From: Heteronotia binoei
Lineage: Eukaryota
Length of the DNA stretch: 64,000 nt
Assembly: GCF_032191835.1 (NCBI RefSeq)
Contig: NC_083227.1
Location: 33,108,001 to 33,172,000 of the forward strand
Direction: 5' to 3'
In this document: piece after piece, positions 24,074 through 36,388 of the stretch
Layout of the letters: every line of letters starts with the position of its first letter
Position numbering within the stretch: position 1 is the first letter of the stretch
The notes under the pieces: model-generated
Seen by the model: only the letters and a program-made list of their open reading frames with translations
Told to the model about the DNA's origin: nothing
Database searches by the model: none
Made by a program: the position numbers and the translations under genes

Positions 24074-25492
24074 GTCCCCTGTGATTGCCCTCAAGCACGT
24101 ATCCCACTAACTGGAAGAAGCCAAACCCTCTTCTTACTCCAAGGATGCAGGCACAGTTACCAATCAGATGGACTATGGCTTTCGATCCAACAGGATGAGT
24201 CTGAATCTTGCATCAGCCTCATCCCACACGTGCCCAGATCCTCTGGAGTTATTTGTGCAGCAGCTTTTGAAGCTCGGCTCAAGAAGTCGCTGTATGTTGT
24301 TCTTCATTCTGGCATTTCCACTGTTGTACACAAAGGCAATGCTTTGAGAATTCCCTTGAGTACTGGTAAGAGGAGGAGGAAATAACCATGATTTTCTTCA
24401 TTGCAGGGGCAAGTGCCATCTTCCACATACTGTGACTCCATGTGCAGGTGCATGGCAGGAAAGAAAAACATGTTTGTGAGTCTCATACTATTGGCTCTCA
24501 TTGCTTTAATGGGTCAGATCTGTAGGGTCAGACTGACCTTTATATAACACAGATAAATGCTGTTCTATTGAGATTTAAATGCGGTTAATACAACATGCAG
24601 TTAAGGCTCCGAGGAAGAACAACGCCTGGGTCTTCTACCAACTAGGTCCCAGAGCCGCACAACTTATGCTGTTGAGCCAGCGACAGTACAGAAAGTTAGG
24701 AAGATCTGGAGCCTGGTCTTCAGTCTCCACTCCGGCTTCATAATCTGCACTCTGGCTTTAGAAAACTCTGGCTTGTTGGTTCCGTCTTCAGTCTGAACAT
24801 TTTGCTAGCAGACCAAAAATACAACTGTGTGACAAATGAGTAAAAACACTAATGAAATTCTGTATTGTGTCAAAATGTATACTATCTCCAAATCCTTTGT
24901 CATGCATACAATCTATATCACTCTTATAGAATCAAACAATCATACACTAAGAAAGCATCATACAATACATAGATTCCTTTATTGGAGAGATTCAGACTGA
25001 TTTCCCACTAACCTTATGCCATTCTCATGCTCCTCTTCTCTGTGGGGCTTCCGTCAGATTTCACACTATCTGCCCCAGGCTGCAACTCACTCCACCTTTT
25101 TTGCTCAGCAAACAAGATCCTCTAAAAACCAGTTTCTGTTTGCCGTGTGAAAAAGGTGAAGCTTGTTGCAGCCCCAGGGCAGATAGTGTGAAATCCAAGG
25201 GAACCCCTGCAGAGGAGGAGCGTGAGAGCGGTGTAAGGCTAATGGGAAATTGGTCTCAGTATAAAGTTCAAATAGGGAACATTCTAAGCTTCTTGAAATA
25301 CTCATACACCAATCTTATTAATGCATAGAAAAATAAAACAGTCCAGATAATGTTGAACAATAGTTCCTTCATGTGTAATACGAAAAAAATCCACATTCCA
25401 TAGAAGTCAGCCTTAGAAGGATGAAAAGTTTCCCCGCTGGCAGTTCCACTGTATTATCTTCCAAGATGACTGGAGGATGAACAGGTTGCAAG

Positions 25493-25708
25493 CAGTATCC
25501 CCTCTCGGCTGAGTTAGGGTGAGCTAGCTCACAGATTTTTAGCCTCCAGCTCACACCTTTTTGTCTTAGCTCAGGAAAAATGGCCCCAGAGCACAATAAT
25601 TTATGCAGTAGCTCACAACTCTAATGTCAGTAGGTCACAACTTTAATACCAGTGGCTCACAAAGTAGAATTTTTGCTCGCGAGACTCTGCAGCTTAGAGG
25701 GAAAATTG
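25493..25708. mobile_element. hAT-type MITE (paralog 60672-60862; partial at ~957-1072)
   Basis: Degenerate TIR CAGTATCCCCTCT / AGAGGGAAAATTG; 8-bp TSD GTTGCAAG/GATGCAAG (ATTGCAAG in A''). Confidence 0.78.
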
Positions 25709-25800
25709 GATGCAAGCCTACCTCAGCTGCAGGCCTCATGCCAGGGATGGAAGTAAAGGGCTCATCCAGTGCAACAGCACCCTATGTCATGCAGTGCTGG

Positions 25801-28032
25801 ACTTTTATTTATTTTTATTTATTTATTTATTTAGAATTTATATCCCGCCCTTCCCACGAGTGGCTCAGGGCGGCTTCCAACAATAGATCCCACATAAAAT
25901 TAACAATATTTAAACATATAAGGGAATGACGATTTAAAACAGATAAAACAGATAAAACCATAAATATTAATAAATATTCAGAATATATATAAAAAGAAAT
26001 CTGGCAAGTTGTGTTAAATTCTCAAGCTAGGTATGGGCTAGCCGGAAGAGGGTCGTCTTACAGGCCCTGCGGAACTGAACAAGGTCCCGCAGGGCCCTCA
26101 CCTCTTCCGGCAACTGATTCCACCATGTAGGGGCCATAACAGAGAAAGCCCTTTCTCTGGTGGATTTCAAGCGGGCTTCTTTCGGCCCAGGGACAGTAAG
26201 GAGATTTTGTGTTCCTGACCTCAGTACTCTCTGGGGTACATGCAGGGAAAGACGGTCCTTCAGGTAGACAGGTCCCAAGCCATATAGGGCTTTAAAGATG
26301 ATAATCAGCACCTTGTACCGGACTCGGTATATCACTGGAAGCCAGTGCAGGGTCCGGAGACCCGGCTGAATGTGTCCCCACTTTGGGAGACCCAGTAACA
26401 GCCGGGCCGCAGCGTTCTGCACCAGCTGCAATTTCCGAGTTCGTGACAGGGGCAGCCCCATGTAGAGGGCATTACAGTAGTCCAACCTCGAGGTGACCGT
26501 AGCATGGATCACTGTTGCTAGGTCGTCGCGCTCCAGGAAGGGGGCCAACTGCCTTGCCCGCCTAAGGTGAAAAAACGCGGACTTGGCAGCGGCTGCTATC
26601 TGAGCCTCCATCTTTAAGGACGGCTCCAATAACACCCCCAAGCTCTTGACCCTGTCCGCCGCTACCAGTGGCGCACCGTCAAAGGCTGGTAGGGGGATTC
26701 CCCTTCCTGGGCCGCGGCGACCCAGGCAAAGGACCTCTGTCTTCACGGGATTAAGCTTCAGCCCGCTCAGTCTGAGCCACTCAGCCACGGCATGTAATGC
26801 CCGATCTAGATTTTCCGGGGCGTGGGTCGGCTGGCCGTCCATCAGTAGGTAGAGCTGGGTGTCATCAGCGTACTGGTGACACCCTAGCCCATGCCTTCCG
26901 GCAATCTGGACAAGAGGCCGCATATAGACGTTAAATAACATCGGGGAGAGGACTGCCCCCTGGGGTACACCACAGTCGAGTGTGCACCTCTGGGACAGCT
27001 CCCCCCCAACTGTGACCCTTTGTCCTCGACCTTCCAGGAAAGAGGAGAGCCACTGTAAGGCCAATCCCTGAATCCCTGCGTCGGCGAGGCGGCCCTTCAG
27101 TAGCCGATGGTTCACCGTGTCGAACGCAGCCGACAGGTCTAACAGCATCAGCACCGCCGAGCCGCCCCGATCCAGATGCCGTTGAAGGTCATCTACTAGG
27201 GCGACCAGCACCGTCTCCGTCCCGTGTCCCGGGCGAAAGCCGGACTGAAATGGGTCAAGGACGGAAGCGTCCTCCAGGAAAGTCTGTAGCTGCATCGCCA
27301 CTGCCCTCTCAATAAGTTTGCCCAGAAAGGGCAAATTTGAGACCGACCGATAGTGTGCCAATTGGGCCGGATCTAAAGATGGTTTCTTTAAGAGGGGACG
27401 GACCACTGCCTCTTTGAGCGGCGTTGGAAAATGCCCTTCCGTCAGGGATCTGTTTATGATATCCCGTATAAGATATCTAAGGTCACCCTGGCAGGATTTA
27501 ATAAGCCAGGAAGGGCATGGGTCCAATTTACAATTAGTTGGGCGAGCAGATAAGAGAATCCTGTCAACTTCCTCCAGGCTGAGGGGGTCGAAGCCATCCA
27601 GCATATAATCCGAAGATAGGCTCGGGGCCTCGATTTCGCTAACTGTCTCAAAGTTGGCAGGGGGGTCGGGGCGGAGTGACGCGATTTTGTCCACAAAAAA
27701 TTTCGCAAAAGCCTCACAGCCTATTTCCAATTTAATAGAATTTAGTCTGCCTTGCGGCAGCATTGTAAATCCTCTAATTATATCGAACAATTGTGCCGGG
27801 CGCGAAGTTGCGGACGCAATCTTAGCCCCAAAGAACGCTTTCTTTGCGGCTTTGATTGCCATCTCGTAGGCTTTTAAATTCTCTCTATAAGATGTTCGGG
27901 TCACTTCGTCTCGAGTACGCCGCCATTGCCTCTCCAGTCGTCTGAGTCCTCGCTTTTGTTGCCGCAGCTCCTGGTTGAACCAGGGCGACGGCTTCGAGCG
28001 GGGACGCAGAGGGCGCTTGGGTGCGACCTCCT
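25801..28032 (-). mobile_element. L2 LINE, 5'-truncated, open ORF2 portion (~670 aa)
   Basis: ORF 26027-28069 with [28 protein letters not shown]; (TTTA)n tail at ~25803-25830; the flanking sequence is contiguous in spacer A''. Confidence 0.96.
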
Positions 28033-28989
28033 GTTCAACTTGAAGGGAGCTTTTCACATAGGGACACATTTATTTCCAAACATCCAGCTTAATAAAAAGT
28101 TCTGGAGTACTTGAGCTATTCAGGGGTGCATGCTGGTAATTTAAAAAGTTACAGTTATGTTTTGAATACCTTATGTTATGTTATGTTGAATACCTTATGT
28201 TATGGTGTTTGATGGGGTGGTGCACAGGGGCACACAGAATTCATGTGACTCTTTTGGTTGATGTGGCTCTCTCTGAACTGTGGCAAGAATACCACCACAT
28301 TTGAGTCAGGATTTGCCTGATATCCTAACTGTACACCAAACTTGGGCTTGGCACCACCTCTCCATCTTCTCCCAAGCAGGCTAGGAACCACCCCAGCCAT
28401 CTCAATTCCCTTGGGCAGGCCAGATGTCAACTGCCATTCCTTGACTTTCCTCAGTCATGCTGGGACAGTGCTGGCTCCCCCCTTCCATTTGACTCTGCCA
28501 CCCTGGATTTGGCTCCCGCCATCTTGACTCACCTTGGGCAAGCTAAGCTCAGCCCTTCTGTCACAGGGTTGGGCCAGCCCAGGTGGAGTGGTGGCCATTG
28601 GTTCCATGGGAGGTGTCTTAAATACCAAACAGCCCCTTCCTGAGGTAAATTAGGTTGAGAACGTATAACTGACTGAAGGCTACCCAGGGAATTGCCACAA
28701 TAGAATGGGGATTTGAAGTCCTAGTAGTAAACTCTAACCACTGCATCTCTTTTTTTTTCAGAGCTGCCAAGATCCACCATGGGCCCCTGGAGAAAGATTC
28801 CACCTGGGCCCTTCATATGACTCTGATCCAAATCAACTAATGTAAGAAAACATATAATGCCATACGGTCCACCCTCTAAAGCGGCCATTTTCCCCAGGGG
28901 AAATGATTATGGTTTCCTGGAAATCAATGGAAGTATGGGAGCTCCAGATGCCACCTGAAAGTTGGCAACCCTAATGGGGACTCAATGCG

Positions 28990-29135
28990 GCTTACATCAT
29001 TCTCCCATTTTATTCTCAGAACAACCCTGTGAGGTAGTTTAGACTTAGAGTGTATGACTAGCTCAAGGTCACCCAGCAAGTTTCCATGGCAGAGTGGGGC
29101 TTTCAATCTGTATTTCCCAGATTCTGGGTGAGGGG
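28990..29135 (-). mobile_element. MIR-like SINE fragment
   Basis: AACAACCCTGTGAGGTAG...CAAGGTCACCCAGCAAG..CATGGCAGAGTGGGG. Confidence 0.7.
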
Positions 29136-29139
29136 GCAC

Positions 29140-30310
29140 ATACAGATGTTGAACAACATTGGGGAGAGGATTGCCCCCTGTGGGACACTACATACAAGGT
29201 GGCATTGAGATGACATCCTCTCTTCAAGCACAACCCTCTGTCCCTGACATTGGAGGAACGAGGTAAGTCACTTCAAGGCCACCCCCATGGACTCCTACTT
29301 AGGTAAGGCGGTGGGCCAACAAATCATGGTCAGCCATGTTGAATGCTGTCACATCGAACAAAAACAGCCTTGATCTAGCTTCCTTCAAAGACTGTCTTTG
29401 GGGGTGACCAGCATGGTTTCTGTTTCATGCTTAGGGTGGAAGATGGATTGGAAGGAATCCAAGGTATCCCTAACCACTGCAGCCTCTTTTAATTTCCCTG
29501 GGAACACCCCTGAAGTAAAGGACATATCAATGATGTCCACTAGGAGATTCCGTATTCCATCACCGCTGGCTTTCACCACCCATGAGGGGCAAGGGTCTAA
29601 GATGCAGGTGTTTGACTTAGCAGTATGCAGTATCCTGTCAATGTAAGAGAGCTGGCTGAAGGTGTCAAATGCCAAATCTGAAGATGGCCAAGCACCCCTA
29701 GGCCGGATTGTGATCCTCTGCCCCCACCCAGTTTGTTTATCACATGTGAAGCGCACATGCCAGTGACATGATGTCACTGTCACCCCTGACTTTGCCAAGG
29801 CCTTCCGAGCCTTGGGAGACCCTGGCAAAGTCTGGAAGGGTGGCGGGCTCTGCCCCCTCCGGTGGGGAGGGCCCAGCGCTGTTTGCAAGGAGGGCTCCTC
29901 TTGAGGAGCCCTTTATGCAAACGTGTCCCCCTCAACTTTCTTGCAGTGTGGGAAGACTGAGCAAGACCAGATCGCCTTGTTTGCATAGAGGGCTCTTCAA
30001 GAGGAGCCTTCCATGCAAATTGCTGAGCCACCTCTTTCCTCTGCCTGAGTTTTGGGCAAGGGAAAGAGCCAGCGCGGGGCCTTCCCTTCACTCTCGGGCT
30101 GCCTTTCCTGCAGGGGAGGAAGCCCGAGAGTGAAGCCGAGCTGCCTCTTTCCTCTACCCAAATCTTGGGAAAGGGAAAGAGCCGGCGCAGGGGCTTGTCC
30201 TTGCTCTCGGGCTGGCTTTCCTGCAGAGGGCAAGAGCTAGTGGATGCGATGCGGACAGCATAAAATTGTCTTTTTGCTGTAATCACAGCCATCTCACAGG
30301 ATTTCATAAA
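29140..30310 (-). mobile_element. Old degenerate L2 fragment with an internal hairpin-rich insertion
   Basis: CILDPCPSWVVK, GKLKEAAV, DSFQSIFHPKHETET, GVPQG-like DNA at ~29170-29190. Confidence 0.75.
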
Positions 30311-31203
30311 TATCCCATAAATGTCCTTGTGGCTTTGTCACCAAACTTGCTCTCATCTATGTTCCCATTTCAAGTCCTCCAGGGTACACCATGGAGCTAG
30401 TTTCAGATGGGAGTGAAGAGGACATCAAGGAGCAGTTTCATCAGTGGCTTCAGAGAGATGGATATTCCTGTCCTCTGTCAGCTCATCGTGGGGGGCATCA
30501 GATTCCACAGAGCATTCTGGAACCCAATTAGGTCCTTTAGTCTCGGCGGGCAAGCATGAATCAGCTCCTCGCTTAGACAGGAGGGGGCTGGGGTAACCAG
30601 TGAAGCTTCAGGGCAAATGCTCTGACCATGGCACTGCATCAATTGTAGTCAGATCTATATCTATCCCCATACCAAAGATCAAATCCAGTGTGTGACCTGC
30701 TTGATGTGTGGGACCTGATGCAATTTGGGAAAGTCCTGTTTATAGTACTATTTAGATCAGGGATGTCAAACTCTTTTATTATTAGGGCCGGACCTAAATG
30801 AGACCTTGTCGGGCCAGGCCATGTCGGGCTGAGCTGTGTGTGTTTCTATTTAAGATTAGGTAGCAGAGATAGAAACTTTATAAAGGACACAAAGATTTAA
30901 AAAAAAACAAAAAAAAAACATGCTTAAAACATTAGCACTTGTTGGTCTTAAAGGTGCTTTCTTTGTGTTTCTCCCATGGGATCCAGGGAAATAGGCAAAG
31001 GAAACTTCCCGAGGTGACTAGGAGGGGGAGGAGCCTCGGTTCTAGGGGAAAAAAACCCAGGAAAAAATCCTATTTTAATCCTGAAATAACAATATAAAAA
31101 TAACAAAATGGTCACTTTTTGTTGCATGTGAATCCTAAAACAACAATGAAATATTATTAATGGTTATCCATAATTATTGAAATCTATAAAAACCTACATA
31201 TTT

Positions 31204-31325
31204 TATAGAATCATAGAGTTGGAAGGGACCTCCAGGGTCATCTAGTCCAACCCCCTGCACAATGCAGGAAACTCACAAATGCCTCCCCCTAAATTCACAG
31301 GATCTTCACTGTTGTCAGATGGCCA
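31204..31325 (-). mobile_element. CR1 3'-end fragment (different subfamily)
   Basis: ATAGAATCATAGAGTTGGAAGGGACC...ATCTAGTCCAACCCC terminus. Confidence 0.75.
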
Positions 31326-31409
31326 TTTTTCCATATTTTTCCATGTGTTTTTTTTTCCCCGTGGGTTTTTTTCCGGTTACCCTAATGAACAAAGAAAGAC
31401 TAAGGCTGA

Positions 31410-31675
31410 TCCGCAGGGCTCAGTTCCGCAGGGCCTGTAAGACGACCCTCTTCCGGCTAGCCTATACCTAGCTAGGATGACAACTTGATGTAACTGGCCA
31501 GCCATCTGTTTATAGGAAATTGAAATGTTACTGTTTTTAAGGTTTTAACTGTTTAAATATTTAATTGTTTTTATACTTAAAATTGTTTAAATTTTGTGTT
31601 TGATTGATTGTTGGAAGCCGCCCTGAGCCATCCGTGGGAAGGGCGGGATATAAATCTCAAATAAATAAATAAATC
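31410..31675 (+). mobile_element. L2 3' end fragment
   Basis: [16 protein letters not shown]; GAAGCCGCCCTGAG...(TAAA)n. Confidence 0.85.
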
Positions 31676-31872
31676 CCCCACTAGCCTTGTCTTCGTCTTG
31701 CACACCTTTTTTCCACAGCACTTCTGCCCGATTTTGCATATGCTGCCTCAGAGCCACAACCCGCCCCGCCTCTCTCTCAAGTTCCCTCTGCAGCTGTAGG
31801 ATTCCCTGAAAATCGGATTTTGGAGCTGCGGAGAGAACTTGGGAAAGAGGCAGGGCAAGTTGCAGCTCCATA

Positions 31873-32072
31873 GCAGTGTGTGGCTCAGTGGTAGAGCATC
31901 TGCTTGTGAAGCAGAAGGTCCTACCGTAGGTTCAATCCCCAGCATCTCCAACTAAAAGGGTCCAGGCAAGTAGGCGTGAAAAACCTCAGCTTGAGACCCT
32001 GGAGAGCTGCTGCCAGTTTGAGTAGACAGTAGTGATTTTGATGGATCGAGTATAAGGCAGCTTCATATGTGT
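31873..32072 (+). mobile_element. tRNA-derived SINE (Squam3-like)
   Basis: A box TGGCTCAGTGG (31881), B box GGTTCAATCCC (31929), body GAGACCCTGGAGAGCTGCTGCCAGT..GAGTAGACA..TATAAGGCAGCTTCATATG. Confidence 0.82.
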
Positions 32073-32363
32073 GCAAGATCAGGCAGAAGCTCCTTGGGGG
32101 AAAGGTGCATGAGACTGGGACAAGGCTAATGGGAAATGGCCTAACTTTTTAAAGGCCTAAGATTTGAGTGGGCTGGGGCCCAAGCCCAATAAAAAGTCAA
32201 ACCACTGAAGTTATGTTGACCTGTTGCAACACATGGCCAAAAAGGGGCCACTTTGTGATGGGATGGAGGGGCTATCTGCAATGTAACCCATCCCTGGTGT
32301 AGCGTAAATCCCAGCACCAACTGAAGGATGCTTACAGGGCTTAGTCAGGACCTACTATAAACA

Positions 32364-32615
32364 TAAAACATGGCCACAGACCCTTGGTTACATTGCAGTA
32401 CGATCTCTCCAGGCTGTGAATGGCTGTCAGATTTTGGGAAGGGGGGAGAGATGCTACGCCAGAGGGTGCAGATGCCGACTTGAATAGTGGAACAAGAACA
32501 GACAATGACGCTGGCTGAGCTCTTTCCCAGCCATTTCCTCATCCTGCTACCAGGCTTTGAGGCCACACTGTGAGGCCACCACAGTGACAGTTTTGGCCAA
32601 CACAGAAGAGACAGC
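32364..32615 (-). pseudogene. Orphan V2R exon-6 fragment (paralog of 3340-3570)
   Basis: ORF 32345-32674 contains [14 protein letters not shown]...[14 protein letters not shown]. Confidence 0.88.
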
Positions 32616-35600
32616 AACATGTTGTGGGGCCCTCGAAGCCCCCACTGCCCCATTGGTCTGCTTGGAGAAGACATTTGTCTTTTTAAGTCACTTCTTCAAG
32701 CCAAGCCAGCCTGCAGCTTGGAGAATGCATTTAAAGTTGCTTTTATTCCACCTCTACCTCCCTCCTCTCTCCCCATCTATTTTCCTCCCTCCCTCCCCTG
32801 AACTGTTGGCAGGACAATGTTGGGTAGTTCAGTGCTGGAAAGTGTGCAGGATCACAGAACCAGCGGATTGCAATGGTTAAAGTGTCAGCCTAGCATGTCG
32901 GAAACCCAGATTCAAATCTCCACTCTGCCATGGAAGCTTTCTGGGTAAATGGGCCAGTCGCACACTCCCACCATAAAGTACCTCTCAGGGCTGTTCTGAG
33001 AATAAAACTTGTTATATTTAAGTATGGGTTTAAGTATGGGTTTCCTGCCTGGCTCATTGGAGCCATGACAGCAGAGCTTGGGGACTGGGAACAATGGGCA
33101 GTAGGATCCAAATACCTGCTGCCCTACATCAGTCACAGCCCCCCTGCCTGTTTGAATGACCCAATAACGTGCCGGCACGGGAACAAGTAGCTGTATATAG
33201 CTTTGGTCCATGGGTTCATTTCTCAGTCTTGTTGGGAGCAGCCTTTGCCATGCTGCCTCTAATAAAGTGCTGTTATCACTGTTGCCTCGTCTCCTCGATG
33301 CTTTGAATCCACTGACTATATTATAAAAACAGAACAAATGGAAACTGCTTTGGTCCCCCACTGGGGAGAAAAGCGGGACATAAATAAACTCATAAAATCT
33401 ATAGTTAAAGTCAGCTGGGGGCCGGGGCTCTTAAAGCTTGGGGAACGCTTATGTTATCTTGAGCGTGTTATTCTAGCTCTGCAAGGAGTGCAGCAGGGAT
33501 CAACCTCCCCGCCACCATTTTATCCGGCCCTTCTCTTTCAGCCTCGCATCCCTGACAAGGTTGTGTGGCCGCAAGGGAGCGAGATGGGCGGAAAGGGCGG
33601 GCTAAGCCCGCACTACAGGAAAGGGGGAGGGCACGGAGGGAAGTTTGGAAGCGGAGAGTGCTAGAGTCGAGAAGCCAGAGCTGGGGCAGGAGCTGAGCGC
33701 GGGGTGTAAAGGACCCCAATGGAAGCCAGCAAATAGTTCTCCTTCAGGAGCAGAAGGAGCTTTAGCCAGCCAGGGGGAAGCTCAACGGGCAGAAAGGGAA
33801 GCCCGTCGTAAGACGAGGGAAGCTCTGCTAGAAGCCCTGCGTGAAGAAACCAGGAATTCTGAGCGGCTGCTGGCAGCATCTGAGGACGTGATGAAAACTC
33901 TTCGTGAAAGTGATGAGCGGTTCCAGGAGCAGCTGTCCAGCAAAAGAACCCGCCCCCCGGTGTCCTCCATTGGAGAGTCAGTGGTCCACAGCAACCTCGC
34001 AGATGCTGAAAGCACACCACCCTCCAAAGCTCCCTGCCTGGAAGGAACATCCCTCATGCACGTGTCTCTTCCCTCCAGCTCCAAAGTCCCCAAGAGAAGG
34101 GTGCGCCTGGCACGTCATCGGAGGTGAAATAAATCATTGTAGTGGGTTTGGATTAAGGTTTACTGATGGGGCAAATGCTTCTTTTTTGAAAATCTAGGGC
34201 TGGTGCATTTGTATGTTGAGACGTTGTTTACATTCCAGAGAATCGTTTTCGTCTTATTATTTGGATACTTTTCTGCAAAACCATTCCTCCTCTCCCCCCT
34301 CCCCCATTGTATTACAGTGATAATTGCCGAGAGTTGTTCAAGCTTTTGGGAGGGCGGGGGGAATCTTGCCTTGTGGTCATCCTCTGTGTTTGTAGTTCAA
34401 TAAAGTGTTTTTCAGGAGAGCCTGCTGCATGTTATCGGTTGAGTGCTCTTTTTTTGCAATACGTTTTTGCAATTCTTTAATCACATAGACCTTGATATAT
34501 CCTCTTGAGCATTGTTCCCCCACCCCAGGGCACAGATACTGCATTGAAGTAACTTTCTAAACTACCAGTGTTGGGTGGGAGAATCATGTGAGCAGCTTTG
34601 GGCAGAGAGTTGCTGAAGGCTTTGGTGACTCTCAACCTGGGTAGTTCCCTGTTATCTTTCTTCTTTTCTTTCAGACTCTTAAAACAGCTTGTGCCATCAG
34701 CATAAACCCCCCTCGTTTTGTTTCTTGGCTTCTGCATGCCTAATTGATAGCTTCCCTGGCAATCCCGGAAGTCCAGTAGTTTCTTAAAGACAAACGTTTA
34801 TTTCACTTGAGCTTTTGTGACCTGTGATGGAGGACAGCTCACACCGAAATCAATGTTGTTAGTCTTTGAGGAGCCATCAAACCCATGTTGTACTTTGCTA
34901 GGATAGACCAACAGGGCTTCTGTGCCACTACTGTTTCCTGGGAGATGGAAGAAGGCTATTTTTGGGGCAGTTGGAAAGTTTTGTTACTCTGAAACTACTC
35001 TGAAAGTTTTTATATTGGAGTGAGGGAGAGAATGAAGGAAAGAACAGTGGTCTAACCTCAGTTCTTTGAAATTATAGTAAAATCTAGCCTCCTTTGCAAC
35101 CGGCTGAGAAAAAAAGGAGGGAGTTCATTGTCAGAAACGTCAAAGTTCAGTGGTCATAGTGGATTTTTTTCCTGAGGTGGGGAGCTCCAAACTGTGTGAG
35201 TGTGCATGTCCACAAAGGGCCCTGTAGGTGGTGGAGGAGAAGGAATACCCACGGAGGAGGATGGATTAACCATACACCTGTTGCAGAGTTGACTCTGTTG
35301 ACATACACCACTTTTTGTTTCGCAACCGCTGCTGCAAAGTGACAGCTCAAACTGGTTCAATGCCTCAGAATGGGCAAAACTGAACACTTGATTGCCAACG
35401 GAAAAGTCAGTTTTGTAAAGCTGTGAGACGCTGACACTGATCAGTACTTGGAGGAGAAAGCACCAAGGAAGTCCAGGTTAAGAACATAAGAGAAGCCATA
35501 TTGGATCAGGCCAATGGTCCACCAGTCCAATGTTCTGTGCCACACAACGGCCAAAAACCCAGGTGCCATCAGAGGTCCATCAGTGGGACCAGGACACTAG

Positions 35601-36388
35601 AAGTCCTTCCACTGTTGCCCCTCCCAAGCACCAAGAATACAGAGCATCACTGCCCCAGACAGAGTTCCATCAATACTCTGTGGCTAATAGACACTGATGG
35701 ACCTCTGCTCCATATGTTTATCCAATCCCCTCTTGAAGCTGCCTATGGTTGTAGCCGCTACCATCTCCTGTGGCAGTGAATTCCATGTGTTAATCACCTT
35801 TTGGGTGAAGAAGTACTTCCTTTTGTCCGTTCTAATCCAGCTGCTCAGCAATTTCATTGCGTGTCCACAAGCTCTTGCATTGCAAGAAAGGAAGAAAAGT
35901 AATGACCAAGGGCCATTGCAATATAACAAAAAGTATGTGAGTCGCACAGCAAGACTCAAAAGCTATTAATGAATTGTGAGTGCTCACTGAACACCCTACC
36001 TATTTTCTCCAATGTCAAAGCAGTACTGGGTCTAAGAATAAGATGACCTGGCAAAATTATATACTCCTAGTTCAATGATACTAAGAAAAACAAACAAAAA
36101 TGTACAATGCTAAAGCTCATTAATTAATATGGCCGGTTCAAACGAACAAACAAAAAAAGAAAATGGAACAGCATTTGTTTTTTCTGCAATGCAGTTTCCT
36201 CTCACTAGCACTCAGTGTGTATCTATATGTCTTATTATAGATATAGATGTATAGAGGTATTATATATATGGATATTTAATCTAATAGCAGTTTTGGGAAG
36301 TAAATTTCCCCAGATAGTACAATGGATTTTTAATAGCATGGAGACAGATTGCCAACAAGTACAAAGAATGCACTGAATATACTCAAAA

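Noticed and set aside
23816-24094. ORF-track starts and ends for V2R exons (e.g. start at 24094)
   Set aside because: The track uses TTG/CTG starts and reads into introns. ATG 24073 and the splice sites define the CDS.
31873-31945. tRNA gene (also at 63331)
   Set aside because: A and B boxes are present, but there is no clean cloverleaf and it continues into a SINE body.
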